Shown: piece after piece, positions 47,942-58,337 of the stretch
Layout: each line of letters starts with the position of its first letter
How positions within the stretch are numbered: the first letter of the stretch is position 1
Translations under genes and position numbers: made by a program
Notes under the pieces: model-generated
Told to the model about the DNA's origin: nothing
The model's input: the letters and a program-made list of their open reading frames with translations, nothing else
The model's database searches: none
Virus record (IMG/VR): IMGVR_UViG_3300045747_000073
Location: 1-63,622 of that record
Strand: one strand, 5' to 3'
DNA from: a virus
Lineage: Duplodnaviria > Caudoviricetes
Length of the DNA: 63,622 nucleotides

Positions 47942-49890
47942 GCACTTCATGGCCCGGTGGGATCATCAGTAAAACAGCGGTAGTACCAACAGGACCGTTG
48001 GAGACAGGCACTGCCTCAGGCATGTGGACCTTGGATCAAGCTGCTGCGTATACAAAACAGGGGATCTGGCCATTGGCGGGGAATGCGGGGGTCATTGACC
48101 AGCTTTTCTCTGCGTATACCTACACAGGTAATGGTGCAACCCAGACGATTACCAACGGGATTGATCTGGCTGGTAAGGGTGGATTGGTTTGGGCAAAGAA
48201 TCGAACTGACGCCTGGTCAAATATGTTATCTGATACGGTAATGGGGCAGACAAAATACAGATTCTCTGATACTACAGATGCTGACAGGTCTGCTGCTGAT
48301 ATTATGAGTTTTGGGTCTTCTGGATTTACGCTCCCTTGGGCTTATGCTTATCAGAATAATTCACCCTGTGAGTATATATCGTGGTCCTTCGCCCAAGGCA
48401 ACAAGTTTTTCAAGATGGCCCAAGTCACGGTCTCTGGTTCCAACCAGACAGTTGACTTGTCTTCCCTTGGCACGGTGGGTATGGTCACGGTCAAGCGTAC
48501 TGACTCTACTTCTGCTTGGTACACATGGCACAGAAGCCTGACTGCTGGGAACCTTGTCTACCTCAACACCACAGCAGCCCAAGCAGCAAGCGCAGCTATC
48601 TCTGTCTCAGGTACAACCCTAACGCTTGCCCAAGCAACGATTGGGAATGGTACCTATATTGTCTACGCATGGGCGCATGATACAGACACAACTACAGGGA
48701 TGATTCAGTGTGGGACGTTTACAGGTAGCACCACCACTGTAACGCTTGGATGGGAGCCACAATTTCTTTTGTATAAACGGGTAGACGGGGGGTCATTGTG
48801 GCAACTGTTTGATACTGCTCGCGGGTTGGGGGCTGATGCAGCAGGCTCAGCCCCCTCTAAATACTTAGGCCCCTCAACGTCAGCTACTGAGGCCGTTGCT
48901 TACGAACCGGGAGTTACATCTACAGGGTTTACTATTTCATCCATAGGTGTAGCTACATACATCTACATGGCAATCCGTCGCCCCATGAAGGTGCCGACAC
49001 TTGGGACGCAGGTTTACAACGCGATTGCTAGGACAGGTACGGGGGCTGCTGCTAGAGTTACGGGGGTTGGATTTGCGCCAGATTTGGTTATGGGGTTGTC
49101 TAGAGGAACTGGTTATGGTGGCTACTTCTACGATAGGCTTCGTGGTGTGTACAGCGACTTGCGTCCATTTACTACAGATGCTGAGCGTGCTAATAGTTCA
49201 ACAGATACGTTAAGTAGCTTTGATATGCTTGGGTATTCTGTAGGTGCAGATGCAGGGGCCCTTGGAGTAAACGCTAGTGGTGTTACATATGTGGCTGAAT
49301 GCTTCAAACGTGCACCTAAAGTCTTCGATCAGGTTTGTTATACGGGAAGTGGGACCGCTCCAGCAGTTACACACAATCTCGGGGTAGCCCCAGAGCTTGT
49401 TATCGAGAAAAATCGTAGTGGGCTCACTAACTGGTTTGTTAACGTCGGTGGTACCGCCTATCTGGTACTTAATACTACAGCCGCACAAACATCTTTCATA
49501 GCTGCGCTTACTGCTACAACGTTCCAGCCGCTTAGCCAAGTAGGTGGGGCCACATATGTGGCCTACCTATTTGCCACCCTTGCAGGCGTTTCCAAGGTCG
49601 GTAGCTATACAGGCAATGGATCAAGTCTGACGATCAACGCAGGGTTTACCACAGGCGCACGGTTCATCCTAATCAAGCGCACCGACTCAACAGGTGATTG
49701 GTACACATGGGATAGTACTCGCGGTATCGTAGCCGGGAATGACCCACACTTGTCACTCAATACGATTGCGGCTGAAGTAACTACTGATGACTCTATCGAC
49801 CCAGACAATAGTGGGTTCATTGTCAATCAGGTAGCGGCTACTAATATTAATGTGACTTCAGCCACTTACATCTACTTGGCTTTGGCGTAA
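47938..49890 (+). CDS. Putative tail fibre/receptor-binding protein with repeated YTGNG domains
   Basis: Repeated YTGNG, KRTD and YIYMAI units. Confidence 0.7.
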   Translation: MSTSWPGGIISKTAVVPTGPLETGTASGMWTLDQAAAYTKQGIWPLAGNAGVIDQLFSAYTYTGNGATQTITNGIDLAGKGGLVWAKNRTDAWSNMLSDTVMGQTKYRFSDTTDADRSAADIMSFGSSGFTLPWAYAYQNNSPCEYISWSFAQGNKFFKMAQVTVSGSNQTVDLSSLGTVGMVTVKRTDSTSAWYTWHRSLTAGNLVYLNTTAAQAASAAISVSGTTLTLAQATIGNGTYIVYAWAHDTDTTTGMIQCGTFTGSTTTVTLGWEPQFLLYKRVDGGSLWQLFDTARGLGADAAGSAPSKYLGPSTSATEAVAYEPGVTSTGFTISSIGVATYIYMAIRRPMKVPTLGTQVYNAIARTGTGAAARVTGVGFAPDLVMGLSRGTGYGGYFYDRLRGVYSDLRPFTTDAERANSSTDTLSSFDMLGYSVGADAGALGVNASGVTYVAECFKRAPKVFDQVCYTGSGTAPAVTHNLGVAPELVIEKNRSGLTNWFVNVGGTAYLVLNTTAAQTSFIAALTATTFQPLSQVGGATYVAYLFATLAGVSKVGSYTGNGSSLTINAGFTTGARFILIKRTDSTGDWYTWDSTRGIVAGNDPHLSLNTIAAEVTTDDSIDPDNSGFIVNQVAATNINVTSATYIYLALA

Positions 49891-49895
49891 TAAGA

Positions 49896-50420
49896 ATGGG
49901 GGTTCAGATGGACTGGATGTCAACACTAAAATCACTCGCACCAACAGTAGCAAGTGCTTTCCTAGGCCCACTCGGTGGGGTCGCGGTAGCTGCTGTAGGT
50001 AATCTGCTGGGGGTATCAGAGGCTACGCAGGACAAGATTGCTGATGTGATTAAGCTTGGTAATCTGACGCCAGAACAGATTGGTGAAATCAAAAAGCTAG
50101 AGCTTGAGTATCAAGAGAACGAGAAGGAACGGAACTTCAAGTACTCTGAATTAGAGTTCAAGGATACCGCCTCTGCTCGTGAGATGCAGGTTGCTACGAA
50201 ATCAATGACCCCCTCTATCCTTACTTGGATAGTTGTGGGTATTACCTTGGCGTGTGAAGGAATGCTATTGTTTAATCAAGTTCCTTCTGGGGCAGACCCC
50301 ATAATTATTGGTCGTGTATTAGGAACAATGGATTCAGCGCTTATTATGGTGTTAGGTTTCTGGTTTGGGTCTAGTCATGGGAGTCAAAACAAGGATGCTA
50401 TTATCGCATCACAGAAGTGA
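49896..50420 (+). CDS. Putative holin
   Basis: APTVASAFLGPLGG, two C-terminal TM segments, FWFGSS. Confidence 0.7.
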   Translation: MGVQMDWMSTLKSLAPTVASAFLGPLGGVAVAAVGNLLGVSEATQDKIADVIKLGNLTPEQIGEIKKLELEYQENEKERNFKYSELEFKDTASAREMQVATKSMTPSILTWIVVGITLACEGMLLFNQVPSGADPIIIGRVLGTMDSALIMVLGFWFGSSHGSQNKDAIIASQK

Positions 50421-50432
50421 GGATCTTAGAAA

Positions 50433-50786
50433 ATGTCAGAACAGGATGTTATTGAAAGGAGAGCCATTGATGTAGGTATGTTGATTGCTAAGATTGAAAC
50501 CTTGCATGAAGATATTATTAGTATGGACACCAAATTAACCAAGCATATAGAGGACGAGGTAGAGGACATTGCAAAAGCAGTTAAGGATATCTTTGTTCAA
50601 TCTATGCCTAATGAGGATGCAGCATTGCATAAACAAATGCACGAGACAGAGATGCAAATACTTAAAGATCGAAAAGAATTCTGGAAGAAGCTTTTATTTG
50701 AGTTGTCTAAGACAGGCATTGTCGGGGTCTTAGGGTGGATGGGTTATTCGCTATGGGTAGCATTCCTATCCGGTCCCACTAAATGA
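50433..50786 (+). CDS. Membrane-anchored lysis-cassette protein
   Basis: IERR, coiled coil, C-terminal TM. Confidence 0.55.
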   Translation: MSEQDVIERRAIDVGMLIAKIETLHEDIISMDTKLTKHIEDEVEDIAKAVKDIFVQSMPNEDAALHKQMHETEMQILKDRKEFWKKLLFELSKTGIVGVLGWMGYSLWVAFLSGPTK

Positions 50787-51208
50787 TTGACCTAATCAAA
50801 CAGTTTGAGGGCTTCAGGAGTAAGCCTTACTTGTGTCCTGCTGGCATACCCACGATTGGCTATGGTTCCACCTACTACCCAGATGGGACCAGGGTGACAC
50901 TTTCTGACCCAGAGATTACCCAGCCCATGGCAGAGCAAATGCTTGTCACTCTGGTCAATTCTGGGTACCTCCCAGGGGTTCTTAAGCTATGCCCAGATCT
51001 TTCTGGTAAAACGCTAGAGGCGATCGTTGACTTCGCCTACAATCTTGGGCTAGGTAACTTAGCTAAGTCCACTCTCAGAACAAAGCTGAATGCTAAGGAC
51101 TGGGAAGGGGCTAAGATAGAGCTACTTAAATGGGTAAACAGCGGTGGGAAACCACTAAAAGGTTTAGTACTTCGTAGGCAGGCCGAGGCTTTGCTAGTCG
51201 GTACCTAA
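50783..51208 (+). CDS. GH24 lysozyme (endolysin)
   Basis: E-x8-C-x5-T triad, TIGYG, FAYNLG, GLVLRRQAE. Confidence 0.93.
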   Translation: MIDLIKQFEGFRSKPYLCPAGIPTIGYGSTYYPDGTRVTLSDPEITQPMAEQMLVTLVNSGYLPGVLKLCPDLSGKTLEAIVDFAYNLGLGNLAKSTLRTKLNAKDWEGAKIELLKWVNSGGKPLKGLVLRRQAEALLVGT

Positions 51209-51211
51209 TAG
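51195..51211 (+). promoter_or_regulatory. Putative late promoter TAGTCGGTACCTAATAG
   Basis: Overlaps the lysozyme stop; followed by GGAGG RBS. Confidence 0.8.
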
Positions 51212-51223
51212 GGAGGAACGAAG

Positions 51224-52762
51224 ATGAGTGAACAAGTAAAAGGGTTAGGTTCAGGTGGTTGGTGCTATGATACCCCTTCTGTAACCTTACCTATGAATGT
51301 TTTTAGTGATGTACTTAATGTGCGGTTTGATGATGATTCAGTGCAATCTATCACAGGTGAAACCACTCATCGTAACCTACCCATAACCGCAGACTACGGT
51401 GTGCACTGGCGTAGGCCAGACCAAGGGTACAATATCTTTGGGCACGATGGCGTGTTCTATCGGGTGGATGCTGCTGGGAGTCAATCCCTAATGCTTAATA
51501 GTGTTGCAGCACAATATGCTGGCAGTAACTGGCAGGATACTTATTTCAATGGTGGTTATGCTATTGTCATTAATAATGGCAAGTCTACACCATTGTACTG
51601 CTTATATAATGACCCCGTAGCGGGTTCTTCTTTCCAAGAGCTACCTAACTGGAACTATATCAGTGGCCTCACAGTCTATGCCGCTGTTGTTCGGTCTTTG
51701 AACTACTCATTAGTTGCAGCTAACCTAACACTAACACAAGGTGGAACCACCACGTATGCCCCGGGAACTATCAGGGTGTCTGTGCAAGCAGCCACGGGTG
51801 CTATACCAACAGTGTGGTTACCGGGCCTAACCACGGATACCGCAGACGAATTTGAATTAAGTTCCACAAGCCCGGTATTGGATATGATGGAACTTAGGGG
51901 TAATATGTTTGTATATTCGCAAGATAGTATAAGCGTATTAACCATAGGGCAGACAACACGGGTGTCTCCTTACTCTAAGACATACGGTATATTAGGGACA
52001 GACTGCGTATGTGAATTTGATGGTAATCATTTTGTTGTGGACAGGAATGATATCTATGTGCACAACGGCTCTGGCGCTATTAATTCTATTGCTGACTTTA
52101 GGATTAAGAAATATTTCTTTAGTAACCTTAATCAATCACATATTGATAAGGTAAACGTTATTAGAGACATACGCCATAAAGAGATTTGGATATGCTACCC
52201 TAAGGGTACCGCTACGTCCTGCACCGAAGCTCTAATATTTCAATATAAAAACAATACGTGGACTAAACGTGCTTTAGGTAATATAACATATACGTTTACT
52301 GGCCCTGCCAACACTAGTAATTCCTGGCAGTATGGTATTGACGCTGTGTACCTGTGTACTACAGGAACACAAACACTTATGACTAATGATAGTTATCTTA
52401 TGTGGAACGGGTCTACCCTAGCTTCTTATACTTCTTATGCCGAAAAGCTAAAGATGAACACAGGGGATGTTAGCGGGAGTTCTTATATCAATGCTATATA
52501 CCCTGTGTTTGATAGGGTGCCTAGTGGATCCACTATAACTATCCGTGTATCTGGACAGAATGGTTATGTAGATAATGCTGACCTTTCAGTAGATGGTTCT
52601 AATAGAACAACCTTTTTGTTTGATGATTCAGCTCAAAACTCAAAGAGATACAAAGTAGATCCGAGAGCTAATGGCCGTTTATTTAATTACAGGATCTCTG
52701 CTCAAGGAGAGTGGAGGCTAGCCACATTATCAGTGGATGCCCAACAAGCAGATAGGAGATAA
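51224..52762 (+). CDS. Tail nozzle/stabilisation protein
   Basis: NVRF, beta-propeller-like, KEIWICYP, NGRLFNYRI. Confidence 0.7.
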   Translation: MSEQVKGLGSGGWCYDTPSVTLPMNVFSDVLNVRFDDDSVQSITGETTHRNLPITADYGVHWRRPDQGYNIFGHDGVFYRVDAAGSQSLMLNSVAAQYAGSNWQDTYFNGGYAIVINNGKSTPLYCLYNDPVAGSSFQELPNWNYISGLTVYAAVVRSLNYSLVAANLTLTQGGTTTYAPGTIRVSVQAATGAIPTVWLPGLTTDTADEFELSSTSPVLDMMELRGNMFVYSQDSISVLTIGQTTRVSPYSKTYGILGTDCVCEFDGNHFVVDRNDIYVHNGSGAINSIADFRIKKYFFSNLNQSHIDKVNVIRDIRHKEIWICYPKGTATSCTEALIFQYKNNTWTKRALGNITYTFTGPANTSNSWQYGIDAVYLCTTGTQTLMTNDSYLMWNGSTLASYTSYAEKLKMNTGDVSGSSYINAIYPVFDRVPSGSTITIRVSGQNGYVDNADLSVDGSNRTTFLFDDSAQNSKRYKVDPRANGRLFNYRISAQGEWRLATLSVDAQQADRR

Positions 52763-54595
52763 ATGTATACCCCACCAACAACAGGTAATAATGATTTAGA
52801 CTCGTTTCTTTACCAAGTATATTTAGATGTAACAGGGCAAGTAACAGGGGATAACCTAGTTTCCAACAGTACTGACGGGACTATTAAAGATCCGGCTGGG
52901 GTTATTGTGGGATACCTGTACAGGTATATACATGTTAAATATGCTGACGATAATGTTGGTACGGGGCTATCTAATTCACCTACTGGCAAAGATTACTATG
53001 GTATATACAATAGTGATAGCTCAACTGAGAGTACAACGCCTGCTAGCTATACTTGGTACAAGACCGCCACTAACATGGGCACTACAGACTTTCTTTGGTA
53101 CAAGTCTGTTGGCGGAAGAAAAATAAACCTATTTATAGGAGCCACCCCAGAAGACGCTAATTGGATTAGGGATGATGGTGCTGTAATTGACCTAGATTTA
53201 TTCTACACCACACTCAGATTGGTTGTGGAGAGAAACCTAGATATTGTCCAAGCAACCGATTCGGGGGTTGTGTCTGCGCTACCCGCTGCTACTGTAGCTA
53301 AGGTTTATCGTGGGGATATACAAGTTACAGACAATGTTGTATTCTCAGGTACAGCCACACAAACGGGGCTAACTCTCACTATAAACGCTACAACGGGTGT
53401 TATCACGTTCTCACAGACTAGCTGGCTAAGTGATACAGAAATCTTCACTATCACCGCCACAGTGCTAGGGACAACCTATACTGACACCTACACAATGGCT
53501 AAGGCTAAGAGTGGGACAAACGGAACTAGTGGATCCAACGGTAGCGACGGGGTTAGGGGGACGGTACAGGCACACATAAGCCAAGCGTGGGATTCCTCGG
53601 CCCCTCTAGCCGCATTTAATGCTATCCGCGCAATATGTAACGCTTCTGGGTCGGTACCTAACTACCCAATTAAAGGGGACATAGTATTCTATACGGGAGG
53701 TGCTAAGGAATGTACCTCCGCTAGTTCTAACTATGCGCTAGTTGGTTGGGGTGCGGTTACAGCCTACATCGATGGCAGCTTAGTAGTGTCTGGCTCGCTA
53801 GCTGCAGACAGGATTACTGCAGGAACCATATCTGCTATGGTATCGATTGATTCTGCTGGGGGTATAACCTCAACCGGGGCAATGGCAGCCTATGGTCTTA
53901 ACCCCGCGTCTACTGTTACGGTTATTGGTGGGTTCACCAACCTAGAATCCTCTATCGAGGCTATAGGTAGCTCCGCCGTTTCTAACACGATAAATTATAG
54001 GGCGGGATTACATGCTAAAGCTAGCGCAACCAACTCAACAAATAATATTGGTGTTCTTGGTGAGGCCACTAATGGTTCCATAAACCCCTCTGGTCATGGT
54101 GTAGTCGGATCTGGTACTGCGTCTGGTGGATATTTTGAATGTACTAGCGGTTTAGGTTACGGTCTATACGCTAAGAATGCCAACAACTCTGCACAAGCTT
54201 TTTGGGCAGATGGTGGATCGAAGTTCACTGGGCCTATGGTTGCTCTATCTAGTATCAACGCTGCTGGTGACGTAACTGCCTATGGTAGTTCGGACAGAAG
54301 GCTTAAAAAGAACATCAACAATATAACCGATGCGGTTAACAAGGTAGAAAAGTTAAATGGTGTTATGTTTGATTGGAAGGCTAGTTACATCAAGAAGGCA
54401 GGGGGTGTAGACGGATACTTTGTTCGTGAGCATGATACAGGTGTTATAGCTCAAGAGGTTCTAGTGATAATGCCTGAAGTAGTCGGTGAGAGACCCGATG
54501 GAACCCTGGCAGTTAAGTACGAGAAATTAGTTCCACTGCTTATCGAGTCCATAAAAGAGCTTAATCAGCGAATAAAGATACTGGAGAATAAATGA
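52763..54595 (+). CDS. Tail fibre/spike with peptidase S74 intramolecular chaperone
   Basis: SDRRLKKNI, GVIAQEV, YEKLVPLLIESIKEL. Confidence 0.88.
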   Translation: MYTPPTTGNNDLDSFLYQVYLDVTGQVTGDNLVSNSTDGTIKDPAGVIVGYLYRYIHVKYADDNVGTGLSNSPTGKDYYGIYNSDSSTESTTPASYTWYKTATNMGTTDFLWYKSVGGRKINLFIGATPEDANWIRDDGAVIDLDLFYTTLRLVVERNLDIVQATDSGVVSALPAATVAKVYRGDIQVTDNVVFSGTATQTGLTLTINATTGVITFSQTSWLSDTEIFTITATVLGTTYTDTYTMAKAKSGTNGTSGSNGSDGVRGTVQAHISQAWDSSAPLAAFNAIRAICNASGSVPNYPIKGDIVFYTGGAKECTSASSNYALVGWGAVTAYIDGSLVVSGSLAADRITAGTISAMVSIDSAGGITSTGAMAAYGLNPASTVTVIGGFTNLESSIEAIGSSAVSNTINYRAGLHAKASATNSTNNIGVLGEATNGSINPSGHGVVGSGTASGGYFECTSGLGYGLYAKNANNSAQAFWADGGSKFTGPMVALSSINAAGDVTAYGSSDRRLKKNINNITDAVNKVEKLNGVMFDWKASYIKKAGGVDGYFVREHDTGVIAQEVLVIMPEVVGERPDGTLAVKYEKLVPLLIESIKELNQRIKILENK

Positions 54596-55737
54596 CAACA
54601 CCCTCTGGCACTATAACACTGTCTAATGTACAGACTGAGTTCGGGGGGACTAATCCAATTAGCCTATCGGAGTATTACGCTGGGGGCTTATACGTGGCTC
54701 TTGCAGTTACTGGTGTGCCAACATCAGGCACAATTAGTATGAATAATCTTCGTAACAAAACCTATGTGCCCTCGGCTGGTTATTCTGTGGGGCTATCTGC
54801 CACTAGCATAAACGAAGGTTCGTCTGTTACCTGCACCCTTACAACAACGGGGGTGGCAGATGGAACAGTTCTATACTGGACAACAGGCACAGTAACCGGG
54901 ACTATAAATGGTGCTGACTTTTCAGACAGTGCTACTTCAGGAAGCTTCACTATCACTTCTAACTCCGGCTCATTCTCTAGGACACTAACCAATGATGTTA
55001 CAACAGAAGGTACTGAAGCCTTTAACCTACAGATACACACGGGATCAACAGCAGGCCCGGTTGTAGCAACGAGTGGGACTATAACTGTAGCAGATACCTC
55101 AGTTGCACCAACATACTCCGCATCGTGGTCGCCATCATCAATCTCTGAGGGGGAGTCAAGTACCCTAACTCTGAATACAACAGGCGTTACAACAGGTACA
55201 ACAATATGGTGGACTCAGACAGGCACAGCAACTGGTGCGGACATCGTCGGCAGTCCTCCGTCTTCTGGAACCATAACAACCACAGGAAACTCAACAACAG
55301 GGACGTATTGGGCGGTCCTTGACGGAACATCGGAGAGCACCGAGACATGGACTGTTAACTTCCAAGCCACTTCGGGTGGTGCGAACGTGGCGTCGGCAAC
55401 TCTAACTATATCTGATGCTCTTGGCACGGTCACTACGCTTTCGCTTACTAAGACAGGCGGGGCTAGTCTGGGGGTTCCAGTATCCCTGACAGCGCAGATA
55501 ACATCTATAGTTGCCTACCCTGTAAGCAGAGCATTCGATCTGCAATATAGTTTGAACGGGGGTGCATATTCGGCCTTGTCCACACTTACGGTTGCAGCTT
55601 CAGCTACCAGCTCATCAGCTACTACAATCTATAGCACCGCGACAACTACCTCAGGCCCTTATACAATCCTTACCAAGACTGTTTTGGCTGGGCATACTGA
55701 CAAGGTTTCTAACTCACTAACTTCGACATACCTATGA
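54592..55737 (+). CDS. Tail protein with Calx-beta/Ig-like domains
   Basis: PISLSEYY; INEG, DVTTEGTE, ITVADTS. Confidence 0.65.
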   Translation: MTTPSGTITLSNVQTEFGGTNPISLSEYYAGGLYVALAVTGVPTSGTISMNNLRNKTYVPSAGYSVGLSATSINEGSSVTCTLTTTGVADGTVLYWTTGTVTGTINGADFSDSATSGSFTITSNSGSFSRTLTNDVTTEGTEAFNLQIHTGSTAGPVVATSGTITVADTSVAPTYSASWSPSSISEGESSTLTLNTTGVTTGTTIWWTQTGTATGADIVGSPPSSGTITTTGNSTTGTYWAVLDGTSESTETWTVNFQATSGGANVASATLTISDALGTVTTLSLTKTGGASLGVPVSLTAQITSIVAYPVSRAFDLQYSLNGGAYSALSTLTVAASATSSSATTIYSTATTTSGPYTILTKTVLAGHTDKVSNSLTSTYL

Positions 55738-56147
55738 ACATCGAACTACTAACCAGAGAACAAGCGGTAGCCTCATGGCCTACCCTTGAACCAATGTTCC
55801 AACGAGCAATGGACAAGGGGCAGGGGGAGTCTACCCTAACAGATTACCTACAGAAGATCTTAAATTATCAGGCGCAGTGCTGGGCAGTGTACGAGGGTGG
55901 AGTAATTACTGGTGCGGGTCTTACGGAGATCCTAACCTACACACAGCATAAGACCCTGCATATCATCCTGTTTACGGGTTTGGAAACAGCGGTTACTCCT
56001 AGGATAATGGAACTTGTAGATCAGTTCGCCAGAGACCAAGGCTGTTGTGCCCAAGAGAGTTGGGGGCGTAAGGGGTGGGCTAAGATGTTGCCTAAGCAGA
56101 TCCCCGGATTCTTTGAAGCGTATACGGTAATGAGGCGGTCGCTATGA
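55734..56147 (+). CDS. GNAT-fold-like virion assembly protein
   Basis: FARDQGC..WGRKGWAK; precedes ejection genes. Confidence 0.6.
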   Translation: MNIELLTREQAVASWPTLEPMFQRAMDKGQGESTLTDYLQKILNYQAQCWAVYEGGVITGAGLTEILTYTQHKTLHIILFTGLETAVTPRIMELVDQFARDQGCCAQESWGRKGWAKMLPKQIPGFFEAYTVMRRSL

Positions 56148-56728
56148 GTACTACATACAGTATTTACTGGTTGCACCTTGATACCCACACGGACTATAAT
56201 ACACAAGGGTATATAGGGGTTTCTAATAATCCTGAATATCGCTTGAAGCAACACAAGAAGGATAGCAAGAAACTCATTAACCACATACACAAGGCTTTAG
56301 CTTGCTATGGTGGCTCAGTAAAACAGAAGGTATTAGCCAGTGGTCTCGATAAAGAGGCTGCATTTCTAGTTGAGCTTATGCTACGCCCTAAGAAGTGTGT
56401 TGGTTGGAATATAGCAGTAGGCGGCTTCTTTTCCCCTGACAACGTAGGACGTAAGCACTCTGAGGAATCTAGGAGAAACATGGGGCTATCTCATATAGGA
56501 AAAAGCAAGAATGCTGGGCTATCTAACCCCAACTGCACGCTAAAACCAGAAGTAATTATTGCGGTATACAACGATATAGCAGCGGGTATTAAGCAATCCC
56601 ATATAGCCCGTAAACACTCTGTTACTGACTCCTCTGTCTCAGCTATCAAGTTGATGAGAAGGGACTACTATAAACAAGTCATCAACAACTATCTAGGAGA
56701 AACAAATATGAATGAGGTGAAATTATGA
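56144..56728 (+). CDS. Free-standing GIY-YIG endonuclease with HTH-like tail
   Basis: IYWLH...GYIGVS, LRP..GWNIAVGG. Confidence 0.8.
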   Translation: MSTTYSIYWLHLDTHTDYNTQGYIGVSNNPEYRLKQHKKDSKKLINHIHKALACYGGSVKQKVLASGLDKEAAFLVELMLRPKKCVGWNIAVGGFFSPDNVGRKHSEESRRNMGLSHIGKSKNAGLSNPNCTLKPEVIIAVYNDIAAGIKQSHIARKHSVTDSSVSAIKLMRRDYYKQVINNYLGETNMNEVKL

Positions 56729-57393
56729 GTAGTGGTGGCGGTGGTGGAACAACCACAACAAGCAGCATCCCAGAATGGGCACAACCATACATGAAGAAGG
56801 TTGGTGATACTGTCGAGGGAGCATTTAGTGGTGGTGACTTGGGTAAGGTTGCTGGTGCTACGGATAACCAAAAATCAGCATTCACTACAGGCTCAAAGGT
56901 AATTAGTGACAATGGCTCTAGTGGCTTAGGTTATCTGGATCAACAGCAGGCTCGTCTTAATGGTATGGCAGCATCCCCTTCAGCAGCAACCCTAGCAGCA
57001 CAGAAGAATGCTGTTATGTTGGATGCTCAGAAGAATGTAGCGGGGCTTACAACTGGTTTTGGTGGTAATGGCACCCTAGGCTCAGCCAGACAAGCCGTTA
57101 TGCAAGGCTCTCAGAATGCAGATACAACTGCTAAGCTTGCTACAGTAGATGCTAACTACGAAGACGCCATGTTTAAGAATAGGCTCTCTGCTGAACAAGC
57201 ACTGCAGGGTTCTACAACAACTTCTTCCGGGATTGTCAACCAAGGAGTTAGTGCTATTGCTAACTTGGGTAATCAAGAGCGTACAATCAACCAACAAGAA
57301 GCAGATGCACCTTGGCAAGCTATACAGCGGTATGCCTCAACAATCTATGGTAATCCTACTCGCCAGAGTACTACACCGAATGGGGGTAAATAA
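56725..57393 (+). CDS. Putative ejection/internal virion protein
   Basis: GGGGGTTTT, IPEWAQPY, LGSARQ. Confidence 0.65.
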   Translation: MSSGGGGGTTTTSSIPEWAQPYMKKVGDTVEGAFSGGDLGKVAGATDNQKSAFTTGSKVISDNGSSGLGYLDQQQARLNGMAASPSAATLAAQKNAVMLDAQKNVAGLTTGFGGNGTLGSARQAVMQGSQNADTTAKLATVDANYEDAMFKNRLSAEQALQGSTTTSSGIVNQGVSAIANLGNQERTINQQEADAPWQAIQRYASTIYGNPTRQSTTPNGGK

Positions 57394-57689
57394 TGGGCGG
57401 TCCCGTCGGAACAGTAACATCAGCTATGGCACAACCACAGCAGCCAGCACCAGTAGATTTTAAAAGCTTAACGAGCGGTAGCAGTGCCAGTGATATCGGT
57501 TCTGCTTATGGCGCTTGGGCTAACGCTAATGGTGGGGATAATCCAATGAATAGGTCTATTGCCGGGAAAAACCTACAAGGTATTGGGGTTGGTGATGAAA
57601 CCATTAATGGTGGACTACAGTCCTACCTTACACCCAAGCCACCCTTAGCCTCCTCAGCGCCTTCTCAGCCCGGTATGGGGGGTAAATAA
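57393..57689 (+). CDS. Small putative virion protein
   Basis: Coupled; ends MGGK like the previous gene. Confidence 0.55.
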   Translation: MGGPVGTVTSAMAQPQQPAPVDFKSLTSGSSASDIGSAYGAWANANGGDNPMNRSIAGKNLQGIGVGDETINGGLQSYLTPKPPLASSAPSQPGMGGK

Positions 57690-57690
57690 T

Positions 57691-58326
57691 ATGGCTAATA
57701 GAGACCCGTGGGACTGGACCCAACAGAGCCCACAAGCTAGCCCACTATCAGGGGCTAATATACAACCCTCACAGGCTACCCCACCACAGATTAATGCTGC
57801 TCCACCCCCGGGTATTGTAGGAACGATTGCTCCATTGGTTGAGGCTAGGGTTATTGGTAAGGGGTTAGATAAGGCTGAGAAGGGTATTGCGTCATTTAAA
57901 TTCGATCCTAACTCCACGACAGGTGGCTTAGGCAAGGCCTCTGGTTTAGTCGGTGGTAACTCAGCAGAGGTTGCTGCAGCTATTCCTGCGACTGATGCTG
58001 TGGTAGTTCCAGTAGCCAACTATGCAGGACCTCTCGCCTCATATGGTGGGCAGACAACAGCTGGCGGTGCTCTCGTTGAGGGTGCTGGTGTTCTTGCTCC
58101 TGAAGCAGCGGCTATGAGTATCGCTCCTGAAGCTATTGCAGCGGGTATTGCTCCTGAAGCGATTATGGGTGCGCAAGCGGCATCCACAGCAGGTCTAGCG
58201 AGTGCAGCACCATTAGCAGCAGGTGGAGCAGCGGCTGAAGCAGGAACTATGGCAGCACTCGCATCTAACCCAGTTGGTTGGGCTATTGCTGCTGGATTAC
58301 TTGCTAAGCAGCTTAAGATATTTTAA
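57691..58326 (+). CDS. Ala/Gly-rich putative ejection protein
   Basis: APEA repeats; NPVGWAIAAGLL hydrophobic tail. Confidence 0.6.
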   Translation: MANRDPWDWTQQSPQASPLSGANIQPSQATPPQINAAPPPGIVGTIAPLVEARVIGKGLDKAEKGIASFKFDPNSTTGGLGKASGLVGGNSAEVAAAIPATDAVVVPVANYAGPLASYGGQTTAGGALVEGAGVLAPEAAAMSIAPEAIAAGIAPEAIMGAQAASTAGLASAAPLAAGGAAAEAGTMAALASNPVGWAIAAGLLAKQLKIF

Positions 58327-58337
58327 AAGGAGAACCT

